Origin: an uncultured Actinomycetota bacterium
Lineage (GTDB): Bacteria; Actinomycetota; Actinomycetes; JAHEKZ01
Direction of reading: 5' to 3'
NCBI GenBank assembly: GCA_963718235.1
Contig: CAVQYR010000001.1
Coordinates: forward strand, 288,001-352,000
DNA length: 64,000 nucleotides
Shown: piece by piece, positions 1-9,945 of the stretch
Numbering within the stretch: position 1 is the first letter of the stretch
Layout of the letters: each line of letters starts with the position of its first letter
The notes under the pieces: generated by a model
What the model was told of the DNA's origin: nothing
The model's input: only the letters and a program-made list of their open reading frames with translations
Databases searched by the model: none
Translations under genes and position numbers: made by a program

Positions 1-2
1 AG

Positions 3-545
3 CGGAACCTGCGCGAGTACCTCGGCGTCGAGTCGGTGATCTGGCTGCCCCAGGGGGTCCACCTCGACGAGACCAATGGCCACGTCGACAACTTCTGCCG
101 TTTCGTTGCTCCCGGTCACGTCATGCTGACCTGGACCGATGACCCAAGGGACCCGCAGAGCCCGATCAGCGAGAGGGCCCTCGAGATCCTGGCCGGGGCG
201 CGTGACGCGCGAGGACGACCGTTGGAGGTCACCCGGATCCACCAGCCGGGCCCGATCTTGATCAGCGAGTCCGAGGCCGCGGGTGTCGACCAGGTGCCCG
301 GCGTGCAGCCGCGGCTGACCGGTGACCGGTTGGCCGGGTCGTACGTCAACTCCTACCTGGCCAACGGGCTCGTCGTGCTGCCCGTCTTCGACGACCCGCA
401 CGACGAGGCGGCGGTCAAGAGCTACGAGCAGCTGTTCCCCGACCGACGGATCGTCACGGTGCCGGGCCGGGAGATCCTGCTCGGTGGCGGCAACGTGCAC
501 TGCATCACCCAGCAGGAGCCGGCGGGGAGCCGGCGTCGGTCCTGA
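3..545 (+). CDS. aguA: Agmatine deiminase, C-terminal part (5' end outside window)
   Basis: DETNGHVDNFCRF, RLAGSYVN and GGGNVHCITQQ motifs with the catalytic Cys. Confidence 0.9.
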   Translation, partial: RNLREYLGVESVIWLPQGVHLDETNGHVDNFCRFVAPGHVMLTWTDDPRDPQSPISERALEILAGARDARGRPLEVTRIHQPGPILISESEAAGVDQVPGVQPRLTGDRLAGSYVNSYLANGLVVLPVFDDPHDEAAVKSYEQLFPDRRIVTVPGREILLGGGNVHCITQQEPAGSRRRS

Positions 546-594
546 GCGCTCTGAGTAGGCGCGCAGCTACAGAGCGAAGTTGTTCAGAACTGGT

Positions 595-622
595 GCATCC
601 AAGACGGCCCGGCGCCGCGAAT
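595..622 (+). promoter_or_regulatory. Possible SigK-type ECF promoter
   Basis: GCATCC-16 nt-GCGAAT upstream of a fasciclin gene; resembles the CCATCC/CCGAA SigK consensus. Confidence 0.4.
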
Positions 623-682
623 CACTCTCGTCAACCGCTTCCCGGCCCTTCCCGGCCGACCCCTCGACCTACGGGAGATCTG

Positions 683-1340
683 ATGCGCCTCACCACTCGC
701 CTCGTCGCCGCCACGGCGACGCTGGCCCTGGCTGCCGGAACCGCAGCCTTGGCCGCCCCTGCCGCCTCGGCATCGGACAAGCTGGGCAAAGCCCCGCTGT
801 CCGACGTGCTCCTCGCCGACGGGGACACCTTCGACAACAACAAGTGGGACTACGACATCGTCACGCAGGCCGCGCTGACCGTGATCGGCGCCAAGGGCGA
901 GGACACCCCGGTGTACCTGCTGACCCAGGGCGACGTGGCCCTCACCGCCTTCCTGCCACGGGACATCGCGTTCTACCGGCTCGTGGAGGACCTGACCGGC
1001 AGCTGGCCGAAGAGCGAGAAGGCGGCCTTCAACACGGTCGCGAGCCTTGGGGTGGACACGGTCGAGAAGGTTCTCACCTACCACGTCGTTCCGGGCCTGA
1101 CCATCGACTCCGCGAGGCCCTGGCAGTCAGACGGCGCGAAGCTTCCCACTGCCGATGGCGGACAACACCTTCACGGTCAACGTGAAGAACCGGCCCTCCG
1201 GTGGCGTCGGCATCCGGCTGATCGACAACGACCCCGACCTGCGCAACCCGTGGGTGGTCAAGACCCAGCTGGACATCAACGAGGGCAACCGGCAGATCGC
1301 CCACGGCATCTCGCGTGTCCTGATTCCGGTCAACCTGTGA
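683..1340 (+). CDS. Secreted fasciclin (FAS1) domain protein, frameshifted near 1155
   Basis: Signal peptide, LTAFLPRDIAF and VLTYHVVPG in one frame; IAHGISRVLIP C-terminal FAS1 motif in the 1155..1340 frame. Confidence 0.8.
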
Positions 1341-1386
1341 CCTGATTCACCCCTGTTTCACCCGATTTGCGGTCAGATGACCGCCG

Positions 1387-1419
1387 GAAGGCCCGGCACC
1401 CACGAGGTGCCGGGCCTTC
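1387..1419 (+). terminator. Intrinsic terminator-like hairpin
   Basis: GAAGGCCCGGCACC-cacga-GGTGCCGGGCCTTC perfect 14-bp stem after the fasciclin gene. Confidence 0.7.
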
Positions 1420-1540
1420 GCGTGTCGGCCCGAAACCCCCTACGGTGGCTCGAAAGACCCCCGGAGGACGAACCGATGCAGGCCCCTGCCCGCGCTGCCT
1501 TTGCTGCCCTCGCCGGTGACCCGCTGACCCGGAGCCGGCC

Positions 1541-1930
1541 ATGACGAGCGCCCGCCGAGTCGCAACGCTGGTGGCAGTCGTGGTCGCCGCCACTTTGCTG
1601 CTCGGCGTCGCGCCAGCCCTGGCGTTTCGGGACCTGACCGTCACGCCGAAGGCCAAGCACTCACGGGCGTACCGCGAGCAGGTCGACCTCACGACCTGGC
1701 GTGCGTCGCCACACGGCCAGGAGATCTCGTGGCGGGAGTCCAACAACGTCTGTCACGTCGTCAACCCCTCGGGCTACAACCGCGGCAAGTGGCAGATGAC
1801 ACTCACCCTGTGGCGATCCTTCGGTGGGCGGCAGTTCGCCCGTTCCCCCGAGCGGGCGACGTGCAAGGAGCAGGACCGGGTCGCCCGCCGGGTGTGGGTC
1901 GACTCGTGGTGGTGGCCCTGGGGTGGGTGA
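1541..1930 (+). CDS. Secreted Rpf-like / lysozyme-like transglycosylase
   Basis: Signal peptide; RES (catalytic Glu), GKWQM..TLWRSFGG, AT..EQDRVA, terminal PW motifs. Confidence 0.75.
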   Translation: MTSARRVATLVAVVVAATLLLGVAPALAFRDLTVTPKAKHSRAYREQVDLTTWRASPHGQEISWRESNNVCHVVNPSGYNRGKWQMTLTLWRSFGGRQFARSPERATCKEQDRVARRVWVDSWWWPWGG

Positions 1931-1988
1931 GCCCACCTGAGGACGTTCGCCACTGCACCCGCCCCTCGCCGACGCCGATAGTGGGGTC

Positions 1989-2564
1989 ATGACGCTTCCC
2001 CGGGGTTGGCTGTGGCTCATCGTGGTGTCCTCGGCGGTGGGCATGGTCGCCACCGTGATGCAGCTGATCGAGCGGGTCCAGCTGGCCACCGAGCCGGACA
2101 AGGCCCTGCTCTGCGACATCAACGCCACGCTGTCCTGCGGGACCGTTCTGGAGGCCTGGCAGTCCAGCGTGTTCGGCCCGATCCCCAACGCGGCGATCGG
2201 GCTCGTGGTGTTCACCGTGATGCTCACCTCCGCCCTCGGGGTGCTGCTCGGGTCGACGCTGGCCCTTCGTGCGTGGGGAGTGCTCGCGTTCTTCGCGGCG
2301 TTCATGGCCGCCTTCACCGTCTGGTTCCTCGCCCAGACGACCTTCTCGATCAACGCGCTGTGCCTGTACTGCCTGGCCATCGGGACGGCCGTGGTCCTGA
2401 TCAACGCGTCCTGGTGGAGGGTGGCCGCAGCCAATGGCTGGCTGGTCGGTCCGTCGCGGTTCTTGGGGGTGGCCGGGCGGCTGGTCGCCGGCGGCAGCGA
2501 CCTGCTGATCTGGGCCGGGCTGTGGACCGCTGTTGCCGCGATGATGGTGATCGGCTTCAACTGA
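1989..2564 (+). CDS. Vitamin K epoxide reductase (VKOR) family protein
   Basis: CDINATLSC loop, FGPIPN, CLYC CXXC motif, TM helices. Confidence 0.9.
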   Translation: MTLPRGWLWLIVVSSAVGMVATVMQLIERVQLATEPDKALLCDINATLSCGTVLEAWQSSVFGPIPNAAIGLVVFTVMLTSALGVLLGSTLALRAWGVLAFFAAFMAAFTVWFLAQTTFSINALCLYCLAIGTAVVLINASWWRVAAANGWLVGPSRFLGVAGRLVAGGSDLLIWAGLWTAVAAMMVIGFN

Positions 2565-2612
2565 GCCTCGGCCGGTCTGGCCGCGGGTTCTCCGACGGGT
2601 CACGATGGGGTC

Positions 2613-3497
2613 ATGGACACCGGCATGCAGATCGAGGCGATGCAGCCGGACGACCGAGCCGGCGTCGCGGCCGTCGCCCGGTCGACCGACCAGGCAGCCG
2701 AGGGGTTGGCGGGGGACCCCACCTACACGAGCCACGTCGCCCGGCGCGGCCAGTTCCTGGTCGCGCGCCGGGCCGGGCGGTGCGTCGGGTTCGGTGGGCA
2801 GGTCCCGGTCCAGGTGACGGTCCAGGTGACGGTCGACGGTGAGGTCGACAGTGCGGTCGAGAGCGCGGCGATGTTGACCGACCTGTTCGTCGAGCCGGTC
2901 GAGCAGGGGACCGGCGTGGGCTCGGCGCTGCTGGACTCCCTGTGGTCGGCGTCACCCGCGCGCCTGACCTTCGCCAGCCAGCGGCCCCCAGCGATCGCGC
3001 TGTACGCCCGCTGGGGGCTCTTGGCCCGATGGCCCTTGCTGTACCTCGCCGGCGACCCCGGGCGGCTGCCCGATCCGCGACTGGTCGTCGAGCGGGTGGA
3101 CGCCGACACGGCCGCGCACAGCGAGCGCGCCTGGACCGGTGCGGACCGGGCCAGTGACTACGCCTACTGGTCGGAGCGGCCCGGCGGTTTCGCCCTCGTC
3201 GTCCGTGACGGGGACGACCTGGTGGGGGCTGGGGCGGTGGGGGGCGAGGGCGAGGAGTTCGGTCTCACCCACTTCCGAGCACGTGCGGCCGTGGTGAGTG
3301 AGGCCGCGACCACGGCTGCCCTGCGAGCGGCCGGACCTGGCAGGTCAGGGTGCCTGCTGTGCCTTCCGGGCCCGCACCCGTCCGTCCGAGTGCTGCTGGA
3401 GCACGGCTTCCGGATCGTCGACCACGACCTCCACATGGCGACCGACGATGTCGTCCTCGACCCACTGACGCTCGTCGCGCACCCTGGCCTGGTCTAG
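2613..3497 (+). CDS. GNAT family acetyltransferase
   Basis: LTDLFVEPVEQGTGVGSALL acetyl-CoA motif, AIALYARWG. Confidence 0.8.
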   Translation: MDTGMQIEAMQPDDRAGVAAVARSTDQAAEGLAGDPTYTSHVARRGQFLVARRAGRCVGFGGQVPVQVTVQVTVDGEVDSAVESAAMLTDLFVEPVEQGTGVGSALLDSLWSASPARLTFASQRPPAIALYARWGLLARWPLLYLAGDPGRLPDPRLVVERVDADTAAHSERAWTGADRASDYAYWSERPGGFALVVRDGDDLVGAGAVGGEGEEFGLTHFRARAAVVSEAATTAALRAAGPGRSGCLLCLPGPHPSVRVLLEHGFRIVDHDLHMATDDVVLDPLTLVAHPGLV

Positions 3498-3721
3498 CTC
3501 GGTCGACCCCGGCCGGTGCTGACCCAGCGCCCGGTCGGGGGCTGCTGTCCACATGAGTTCCCGCTTGGGCCCGGACAGCAGGAAAGGCGCCGACGATGCC
3601 ACCCCCTCGCGTGGCACCGGCTGCGCCTTTCCCCCTACTGCATCGGTTCGGGGCGGTGCTACCCGTTCACCCGAGCGGGTGATGTGCACTTTCTTGGACG
3701 TGGAACGAGCAAGATGGTTCC

Positions 3722-4950
3722 ATGCGCGTCGTCTCGATCGAGAAGCTCACCGGCATCCTCGGCAGCCTCCCCCCGGAGCCACGGGTCGTGGCAAGCGGCA
3801 ACTTCGCCACGCCCACGCGGCTGCTGGAGCTGGTCGACTCTTCCATCGAGCGCTACCGGCTGTTCGTCCTCAATGCCCAGCACGGGATCGCCGACCGCGA
3901 CGGCGTCACCTTGGAGACCTGCTTCGTCGGGCCGGGCATGCGACGCAGGGCCGGACTCCGCTACGTCCCGGCCCGGCTGTCGCTGGCCCCGATGCTCTTT
4001 GCCACGACCATGCCGCCCGACGTCGTCGTTCTGCACACCTCGGCGCCGTCCGCGGGAACTGTGTCGATGGGCACCGAGGTCAACGTGCTGCCGGCCGCGG
4101 TGGAGGCCGCCCATCGACGAGGCGGACTGGTGATCGCCCAGGCGAACGCAGCGATGCCCTACACCTACGGAGACGGGGTGCTCAGTGTCGACGACCTGGA
4201 CTACCTCGTGGAGGTCGACGAACCGCTGGTCTCCCCCCGCCCCTCGAGCTCGACGAGTGCTCCCGACAGATCGGCGCCAAGGTGGCCAGCCTGGTCAACG
4301 ACGGCTCCACGCTCCAGATGGGAATCGGGGCGATCCCGGACGCCGCACTGCACGGCCTCGGCGGGCGACGAGGGCTGCGGGTGTGGTCGGAGATGTTCTC
4401 CGACGGGGTGCTGGAGCTGGACCGGCAGGGTGTCCTCGACGTCGACGCGCCCCTGGTCGCGTCCTTCGTCTTCGGGTCACCTGAGCTGTACTCCTGGGTC
4501 GACCGCAACCCGCGGGTCCGGATCAAGCGCACCGAGAAGACCAACGATCCCCGCGCGATCGCCAAGAACCCCGCGCTGGTCAGTGTGAACTCCGCCCTTC
4601 AGGTCGACCTGTTCGCCCAGGCCAACGCCTCGCGGATCAACGGGCGCATCTACTCCGGGTTCGGGGGTCAGACCGACTTCATCGTGGGTGCCCTGCACTC
4701 TCCCGGCGGCCAGGCGCTCATCGCCTTGCGCAGCTGGCACCCGCGCGCCGACGTCTCGACGGTGGTGCCGTTGATCGACGAGCCGGTCACGAGCTTCCAG
4801 CAGAGCGCGATCGTCACCGAGAACGGGATCGCCCCCCTGTGGGGTCGCAGCCAGGAGGAGCAGGCGCGGTCGCTGATCGAGCAGGCGGCACACCCGCAGG
4901 TCCGGGAGGAGCTGTGGGAGGAGGCAGCCGCCCTGGGCCTTGTGCTGTAG
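3722..4950 (+). CDS. Acetyl-CoA hydrolase/transferase (4-hydroxybutyrate CoA-transferase-like), frameshifted at the C6 run near 4233-4238
   Basis: N-half in frame 3722; TLQMGIGAIPDA, SEMFSDG, SGFGGQTDF in frame ending 4950. Confidence 0.85.
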
Positions 4951-5018
4951 GCGAACGACAGCAGGCAGCACCGGCGCGGTCATGGACGAGGCTCGGCGGC
5001 AGGTGGTACGCATCACCC

Positions 5019-6008
5019 ATGCGCATTCTGGTCATCGGGGGCACGAGGTTCGTCGGACGGCACATCGTCGAGGCTGCGCTGGCCCACGGGCACCAGCTCA
5101 CGTTGCTGCACCGCGGCAGTGGCGACGACCCCTTCCCCCAGTGCGAGCACGTGCACGTCGACCGAGACGGTGACCTCTCGGTGCTCGCCGACCGGAGCTT
5201 CGATGCGGTCGTCGACGTCAGCGCGTACGTTCCGCGGCAGGTGAACGCCCTGGCCGACGCGCTGGGTGAGCGGGCCGGTCGCTACCTGTTCATCTCGACG
5301 GTGTCCGTGTACGACCTCCCGGCCGAGCAGCCGTTCGCCGAGGACGGCGCGCTCACCGCACCTCCGGAAGACCCGGCCACCGAGGAGGTCACCGAGCAGA
5401 CCTATGGCGGGCTCAAGGTGCTCTGCGAGCAGGCCGCGAGCGAGCGGTTCGGCCAGCGGCTCACCGTCGTCCGCCCGACGTACGTGGTCGGGCCGTTCGA
5501 CTACACCCACCGGTTCACCTACTGGGTCGAGCGGCTGGCCCGCGGTGGTGAGGTGCTCGCACCCGCGCCGGCGGAGGCCTGGCTGCAGATCATCGACGCC
5601 CGCGACCAGGGGGCGTTCGTCGTCCAGCTGCTGGAGAACGACGTCGACGGCACGTTTCACACCGTGTGGCCCGGCACGGAGGAGGCGACGTTCGGCCAGG
5701 TGCTGGAGCAGGTCGCGGCCGCCGTGGCACCCGAGGGCACCACGATCACCTACGTCGACCCCCAGTTCCTGCGCGACCACGAGGTCGACGGCCGAGCCCT
5801 CCCGCTGTGGGACGACGAAGGGGTCGAGTCAGGGGCACCGGCTCGGCCTGACGCCGCGCTCGGTGCAGGGATGAGCCCGCGCCCGATCGGTCAGACCGCC
5901 GGTGAGCTGCTCGCCGCGGAGACCGCGGACCCGACCACCGACGAGTACGGGGTTGGCTTGGCCCCTGATCGCGAGGCCGAGCTGCTGGCTGCCTGGCACG
6001 CCCGCTGA
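5019..6008 (+). CDS. NAD-dependent epimerase/dehydratase (atypical SDR)
   Basis: MRILVIGGTRFVG Rossmann motif; YGGLK; VRPTYVVGP. Confidence 0.85.
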   Translation: MRILVIGGTRFVGRHIVEAALAHGHQLTLLHRGSGDDPFPQCEHVHVDRDGDLSVLADRSFDAVVDVSAYVPRQVNALADALGERAGRYLFISTVSVYDLPAEQPFAEDGALTAPPEDPATEEVTEQTYGGLKVLCEQAASERFGQRLTVVRPTYVVGPFDYTHRFTYWVERLARGGEVLAPAPAEAWLQIIDARDQGAFVVQLLENDVDGTFHTVWPGTEEATFGQVLEQVAAAVAPEGTTITYVDPQFLRDHEVDGRALPLWDDEGVESGAPARPDAALGAGMSPRPIGQTAGELLAAETADPTTDEYGVGLAPDREAELLAAWHAR

Positions 6009-6029
6009 GCAACCCCGCTGGGTAGGACC

Positions 6030-7478
6030 TCAGGCAGCGACGGGTGACTCGGCGCGCAGCCAGGCCAGGACGTCCAGGGCCGACCAGCCGCCGGGGAACA
6101 GCTCGAGCAGCCCGGTCAGCTGGGTACGGTCCGAGCCGAGGGTGACGAGGAACGGCTCGACGGTGTCGTTGGCCCGCAGCTGGGCCAGACCGGCGGTGGC
6201 GGCCAGGCCGTTGCACAGACACATGCGGCCCACCGTGTCCTCGACGGCACCGCCCTTCTTCACGTACGCGTCCAGCGGCTCTGAGGCGCAGCGGTAGCCG
6301 ACGCTGCCGTCGTCGCGGCGGTACGGCGTGCGCAGGTAGCTGAGGTCGCAGATCCGCTCGCGCCGGCCGTACACGGTCGGGTCGGCCACGGTGTCGCCGA
6401 GCTGGGCGACCTTGAACGGGAAGCCGGTGGGGCTGGCCAGTGGGTCGGTGCGCACGCGCAGCGTGTCGGCGAGCACCCGCTCGCGCAGCACCTGGCGCAC
6501 GACGGGGGTGAGGCCGGACTCGTCGGACAGCGCGAAGGCGGTGCCGATCTGCACGCCGACCGCACCTGCTTCCTGCGCCTCGCGCAGCTTGTCGGGGGTC
6601 GCGTAGCCGCCAGCCAGCCAGAACGGGAGCCCGATCGCGTCGAGCTTGGCGAGGTCGACGACGTCGCGGGGCCCGTAGATGGGCTCGCCGCCGTCGTCGA
6701 GGACCATCCGCCGGGGCGGGGCGTTGTGCCCACCGGCGTCGGGCAGCTCGACGACGAAGCCGTCCGGGCGGGTCGCCTCGTCGCGGGCGAGGTACTGACC
6801 GAGGACGTGGGAGCTGACGATGGCCAGGAAGAACGGGCGCTTCAGTGGGGCGGTCAGGCCGGGGACCACCTGAGCAGGGTCCATGGTGATGCCGAAGGAC
6901 TCCCCGCTCTGCGCACCGGTGACGTCGATCGGCAGGCTGACCGGCTCGCACGCCGCGACCCCGTCGAGCACGCGCGGCAGGTGGGTCGGAACTCCGGCAC
7001 CGACCAGCACGAAGTCGACCTCGGCCAGGACGGCGCCGAGCAGGGCGGCTGGGGTCCACAGCTGGACCTTCTCGAGCAGGTTGATGCCGACGGCGCCGTC
7101 GTGGCCGGTCTTGGCGAGCCTCACCTGAACGTACGCACCGAGGGCGCTGAGCCGAACCGGGTCGGGCTTCTGGTGAAGGTCGAGCTTGGGGATCGGTCGG
7201 TAGGGCTTGCCCGGAGGGCGCCCGCCGTCGAGGAAGTAGCGGGCGATGGTGGCCGCGACGAACTCCTGGTCGGGGTAGCCGGCCATGGCGGCCCGGATCT
7301 CACCGGTGGGGTCGCCGTCCTGCAGCCAGCGGGAGAGAAGGAGGTCGGGGGCGACTCCGGAGATGACCCCGAGGCCACCGTGGGAGGCCACGGTGCGGGC
7401 CAGGCCCCACGAGGAGACGTTGACGCCCATGCCGCCTTGGATGACGGCGGGCAGAGTCGCCGGGACCGGAGCTGGCAT
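6030..7478 (-). CDS. Nitronate monooxygenase / FabK-like flavoprotein
   Basis: IQGGMGV, AGGHN, LAGG, GVQIGTAF motifs; GAGGA RBS before ATG 7478. Confidence 0.8.
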   Translation of the reverse strand: MPAPVPATLPAVIQGGMGVNVSSWGLARTVASHGGLGVISGVAPDLLLSRWLQDGDPTGEIRAAMAGYPDQEFVAATIARYFLDGGRPPGKPYRPIPKLDLHQKPDPVRLSALGAYVQVRLAKTGHDGAVGINLLEKVQLWTPAALLGAVLAEVDFVLVGAGVPTHLPRVLDGVAACEPVSLPIDVTGAQSGESFGITMDPAQVVPGLTAPLKRPFFLAIVSSHVLGQYLARDEATRPDGFVVELPDAGGHNAPPRRMVLDDGGEPIYGPRDVVDLAKLDAIGLPFWLAGGYATPDKLREAQEAGAVGVQIGTAFALSDESGLTPVVRQVLRERVLADTLRVRTDPLASPTGFPFKVAQLGDTVADPTVYGRRERICDLSYLRTPYRRDDGSVGYRCASEPLDAYVKKGGAVEDTVGRMCLCNGLAATAGLAQLRANDTVEPFLVTLGSDRTQLTGLLELFPGGWSALDVLAWLRAESPVAA

Positions 7479-7581
7479 ACGACTGTTCCTCACACGAGCG
7501 GTTGGAGCGGTTCGAGACGACGTCCGCGGGACCGGTTCCCGGCGAGGCGGGGGTCGAGCGGAGCTCGACGCCGCACCAGAA

Positions 7582-7610
7582 CCTACGGAACCGTAGGCTA
7601 CGGTACCGTA
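7582..7610. promoter_or_regulatory. Tandem dyad operator-like site
   Basis: CCTACGGAACCGTAGG (7582-7597) and TACGGTACCGTA (7599-7610) in a divergent intergenic region. Confidence 0.6.
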
Positions 7611-7656
7611 ACCAGGCGCGCCTGGCGAACCCGGCGAGCCGGAGGAGGATGGCTTC

Positions 7657-8523
7657 GTGCCCGAGCTGCCGGAGGTCGAGGCCCTCGTCGCCTTCCTGCG
7701 CGGGCGGCTGGTCGGCCGGGTCGTGGCCCGGGTCGACGTCGCCTCGATCAGCGCTCTGAAGACCTACGACCCACCGGTCAGCGCCCTGTCCGGGCTGGAG
7801 GTCACCGCGGTCAGCCGGCACGGGAAGTTCGTCGACGTCGACGTCGACGGGGTCCACCTCGTCGTGCACCTGGCCCGGGCCGGGTGGCTGCGGTGGAGGG
7901 AGTCGCTGCCTGTGGCACCACCCAAGCCGAGCGTGAAGAACCCGGTCGCCGTGCGCGTTCACCTCGACGACGGCTCGGGGTTCGACCTCACCGAGGCGGG
8001 AACCCGCAAGAAGCTGGCGGTCTACCTGGTGCGCGCGGTCGACGACGTGCCGGGTGTGGCCCGACTGGGCCCCGACCCGCTCGCCGAGGGCTTCGACCAG
8101 GCGGCCCTGGACGCGATCGTGGCCGCGCATGCGCGCAGCCAGCTGAAGGGGCTGCTGCGAGACCAGTCGGTGATCGCCGGGATCGGCAACGCCTACAGCG
8201 ACGAGATCCTGCACGTCGCGCGGCTGTCGCCGTTCACCCTGGCCGGCCGCCTGGACGCGGACGGCCGGGCCACGTTGTACGCCGCCGTCGTCGAGTTGCT
8301 GGGAGACGCCGTCGAGCGGGCGAGAGGACTCGCCGCGTCGGACCTCAAGGACGACAAACGGGCCGGGATGCGGGTGCACGGGCGCGCGGGTCAACCGTGC
8401 CCGGTCTGCGGCGACACCGTGCGCGAGGTGTCGTTCGCCGACAGCGCCCTGCAGTACTGCCCGACCTGTCAGACCGGGGGCAAGCCACTCGCAGACCGGC
8501 GGATGTCCAAGCTGCTGAAGTAG
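7657..8523 (+). CDS. Fpg/Nei family DNA glycosylase
   Basis: MPELPEV N-terminus, GIGNAYSDEIL H2TH motif, CPVC...CPTCQ zinc finger. Confidence 0.95.
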   Translation: MPELPEVEALVAFLRGRLVGRVVARVDVASISALKTYDPPVSALSGLEVTAVSRHGKFVDVDVDGVHLVVHLARAGWLRWRESLPVAPPKPSVKNPVAVRVHLDDGSGFDLTEAGTRKKLAVYLVRAVDDVPGVARLGPDPLAEGFDQAALDAIVAAHARSQLKGLLRDQSVIAGIGNAYSDEILHVARLSPFTLAGRLDADGRATLYAAVVELLGDAVERARGLAASDLKDDKRAGMRVHGRAGQPCPVCGDTVREVSFADSALQYCPTCQTGGKPLADRRMSKLLK

Positions 8524-8574
8524 CCGGGTCGACGGCCTCTCCCGCCGACGTGCGCCTCCCTAGACTCCTCAGTC

Positions 8575-9903
8575 GTGAGCCTACGTCCCGGTCGCTCGAG
8601 CAACGAGGCGAGGGACCGCGGGCTGGTGTCCGCGCTCGTCGACGTCGTGGGTGTCGAGCACGTGCTCACCGACCCCGACCTGACGACGTCGTACACGCGT
8701 GACTGGACCGGTCGGTTCGTCGGGTCGGCGGCGGCGGTCGTGCGCCCGGCCGACACCGCCGAGGTGGCGCAGGTCCTGGCTCACTGCCTGCGGCTGGGAA
8801 TCCCGGTGGTCCCCCAGGGCGGCAACACCGGGCTGGTCGGCGGCGGCACACCGAGAGGCGACGACATGGTGGTGCTGTCGACCCGCCGGCTCGACGGGCT
8901 CGGGCTGGTCGACGTCGACGCGCGGCAGGTGACTCTGGGGGCAGGAGTCACCGTCGTTCGAGCGCACGCGCACGCGCATGCGTCCGGGCTCGCCTACGGC
9001 GTCGACCTGGCCTCGCGCGAGTCGGCCACGATCGGCGGCACCGTGGCCACCAACGCCGGCGGGGTCCGGGTCGTGCGGCACGGGGACACCCGGGCACAGG
9101 TGGTGGGCGTGGAGGCCGTGCTGACCGACGGGCGGGTCGTCTCGCACCTGCAGGGGCTGCCCAAGGACTCCGCAGGCTACGACCTGTCCGGGCTGCTCGT
9201 CGGGAGCGAGGGAACCCTGGCGGTGGTCACCGCGGCCCGGATGCGGCTGGTCGAGCCATTGCCCCGGCAGCGGTTCGCGCTGCTCGCCGGGGTGGCCGAC
9301 GTCGAGACCGCCCTGCGGCTCACGCGGGCCCAGCCCCGCCTGCTGGCTGCTGAGTTCGTGCTGGGCCACGCCATGGATCTGGTGTGCACGGCGACCGGTC
9401 TTGCGTTCCCGCTGCAGCAGGCGTGGCCGTTCTACGTGCTGCTCGAGACGGCCGACGAGCCTGTCGTCGAAGCAGGCGTCGACGACACCGTCGTTGATCC
9501 CCGGGTCTGGGCCTACCGGGAACGCCAGACCGAGGCCATCGCCACCCTGGGGGTCGTGCACAAGCTGGATGTCGCCGTCCCGGTCCACCGGCTGCAGAAG
9601 CTGCTCGACGGGCTCGCGTCGGCAGTGGCGCCCCACGACGTGTTCGCCTTCGGTCATCTCGCCGAGGGGAACGTGCATGTCGAGGTCGTCGGCGCGGCGC
9701 CGGACGACGAGCGCCCCGACGAGGCCGTGCTGCTACTGGTCGCCGCCCTCGGGGGCACGATCAGCGCCGAGCACGGGGTCGGTGTGGCCAAGACACGGTG
9801 GCTCTCGCTGTCCCGGTCGCCCGACGAGATCGCCGCGATGCGGTCGGTGAAGGCCGCCCTCGACCCCGCCGGTCTGCTCAACCCCGGCGTGTTGTTCACC
9901 TGA
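8575..9903 (+). CDS. FAD-binding oxidoreductase (D-2-hydroxyacid dehydrogenase/GlcD-like)
   Basis: PQGGNTGLVGG, ATNAGG, GSEGTL, SAEHGVG, DPAGLLNPG. Confidence 0.9.
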   Translation: MSLRPGRSSNEARDRGLVSALVDVVGVEHVLTDPDLTTSYTRDWTGRFVGSAAAVVRPADTAEVAQVLAHCLRLGIPVVPQGGNTGLVGGGTPRGDDMVVLSTRRLDGLGLVDVDARQVTLGAGVTVVRAHAHAHASGLAYGVDLASRESATIGGTVATNAGGVRVVRHGDTRAQVVGVEAVLTDGRVVSHLQGLPKDSAGYDLSGLLVGSEGTLAVVTAARMRLVEPLPRQRFALLAGVADVETALRLTRAQPRLLAAEFVLGHAMDLVCTATGLAFPLQQAWPFYVLLETADEPVVEAGVDDTVVDPRVWAYRERQTEAIATLGVVHKLDVAVPVHRLQKLLDGLASAVAPHDVFAFGHLAEGNVHVEVVGAAPDDERPDEAVLLLVAALGGTISAEHGVGVAKTRWLSLSRSPDEIAAMRSVKAALDPAGLLNPGVLFT

Positions 9904-9945
9904 GCCGACCGGCGCCGACCACCGTCGTCCCCCACAATGGTCGCC

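Noticed and set aside
1420-1540. c-di-AMP (ydaO) riboswitch upstream of the Rpf-like gene
   Set aside because: The conserved ydaO sequence blocks were not recognisable
4225-4250. Programmed frameshift in the CoA-transferase
   Set aside because: It falls in a C run, and the window has several similar single-base breaks (1155, 38055, 58850), so sequencing indels are more parsimonious
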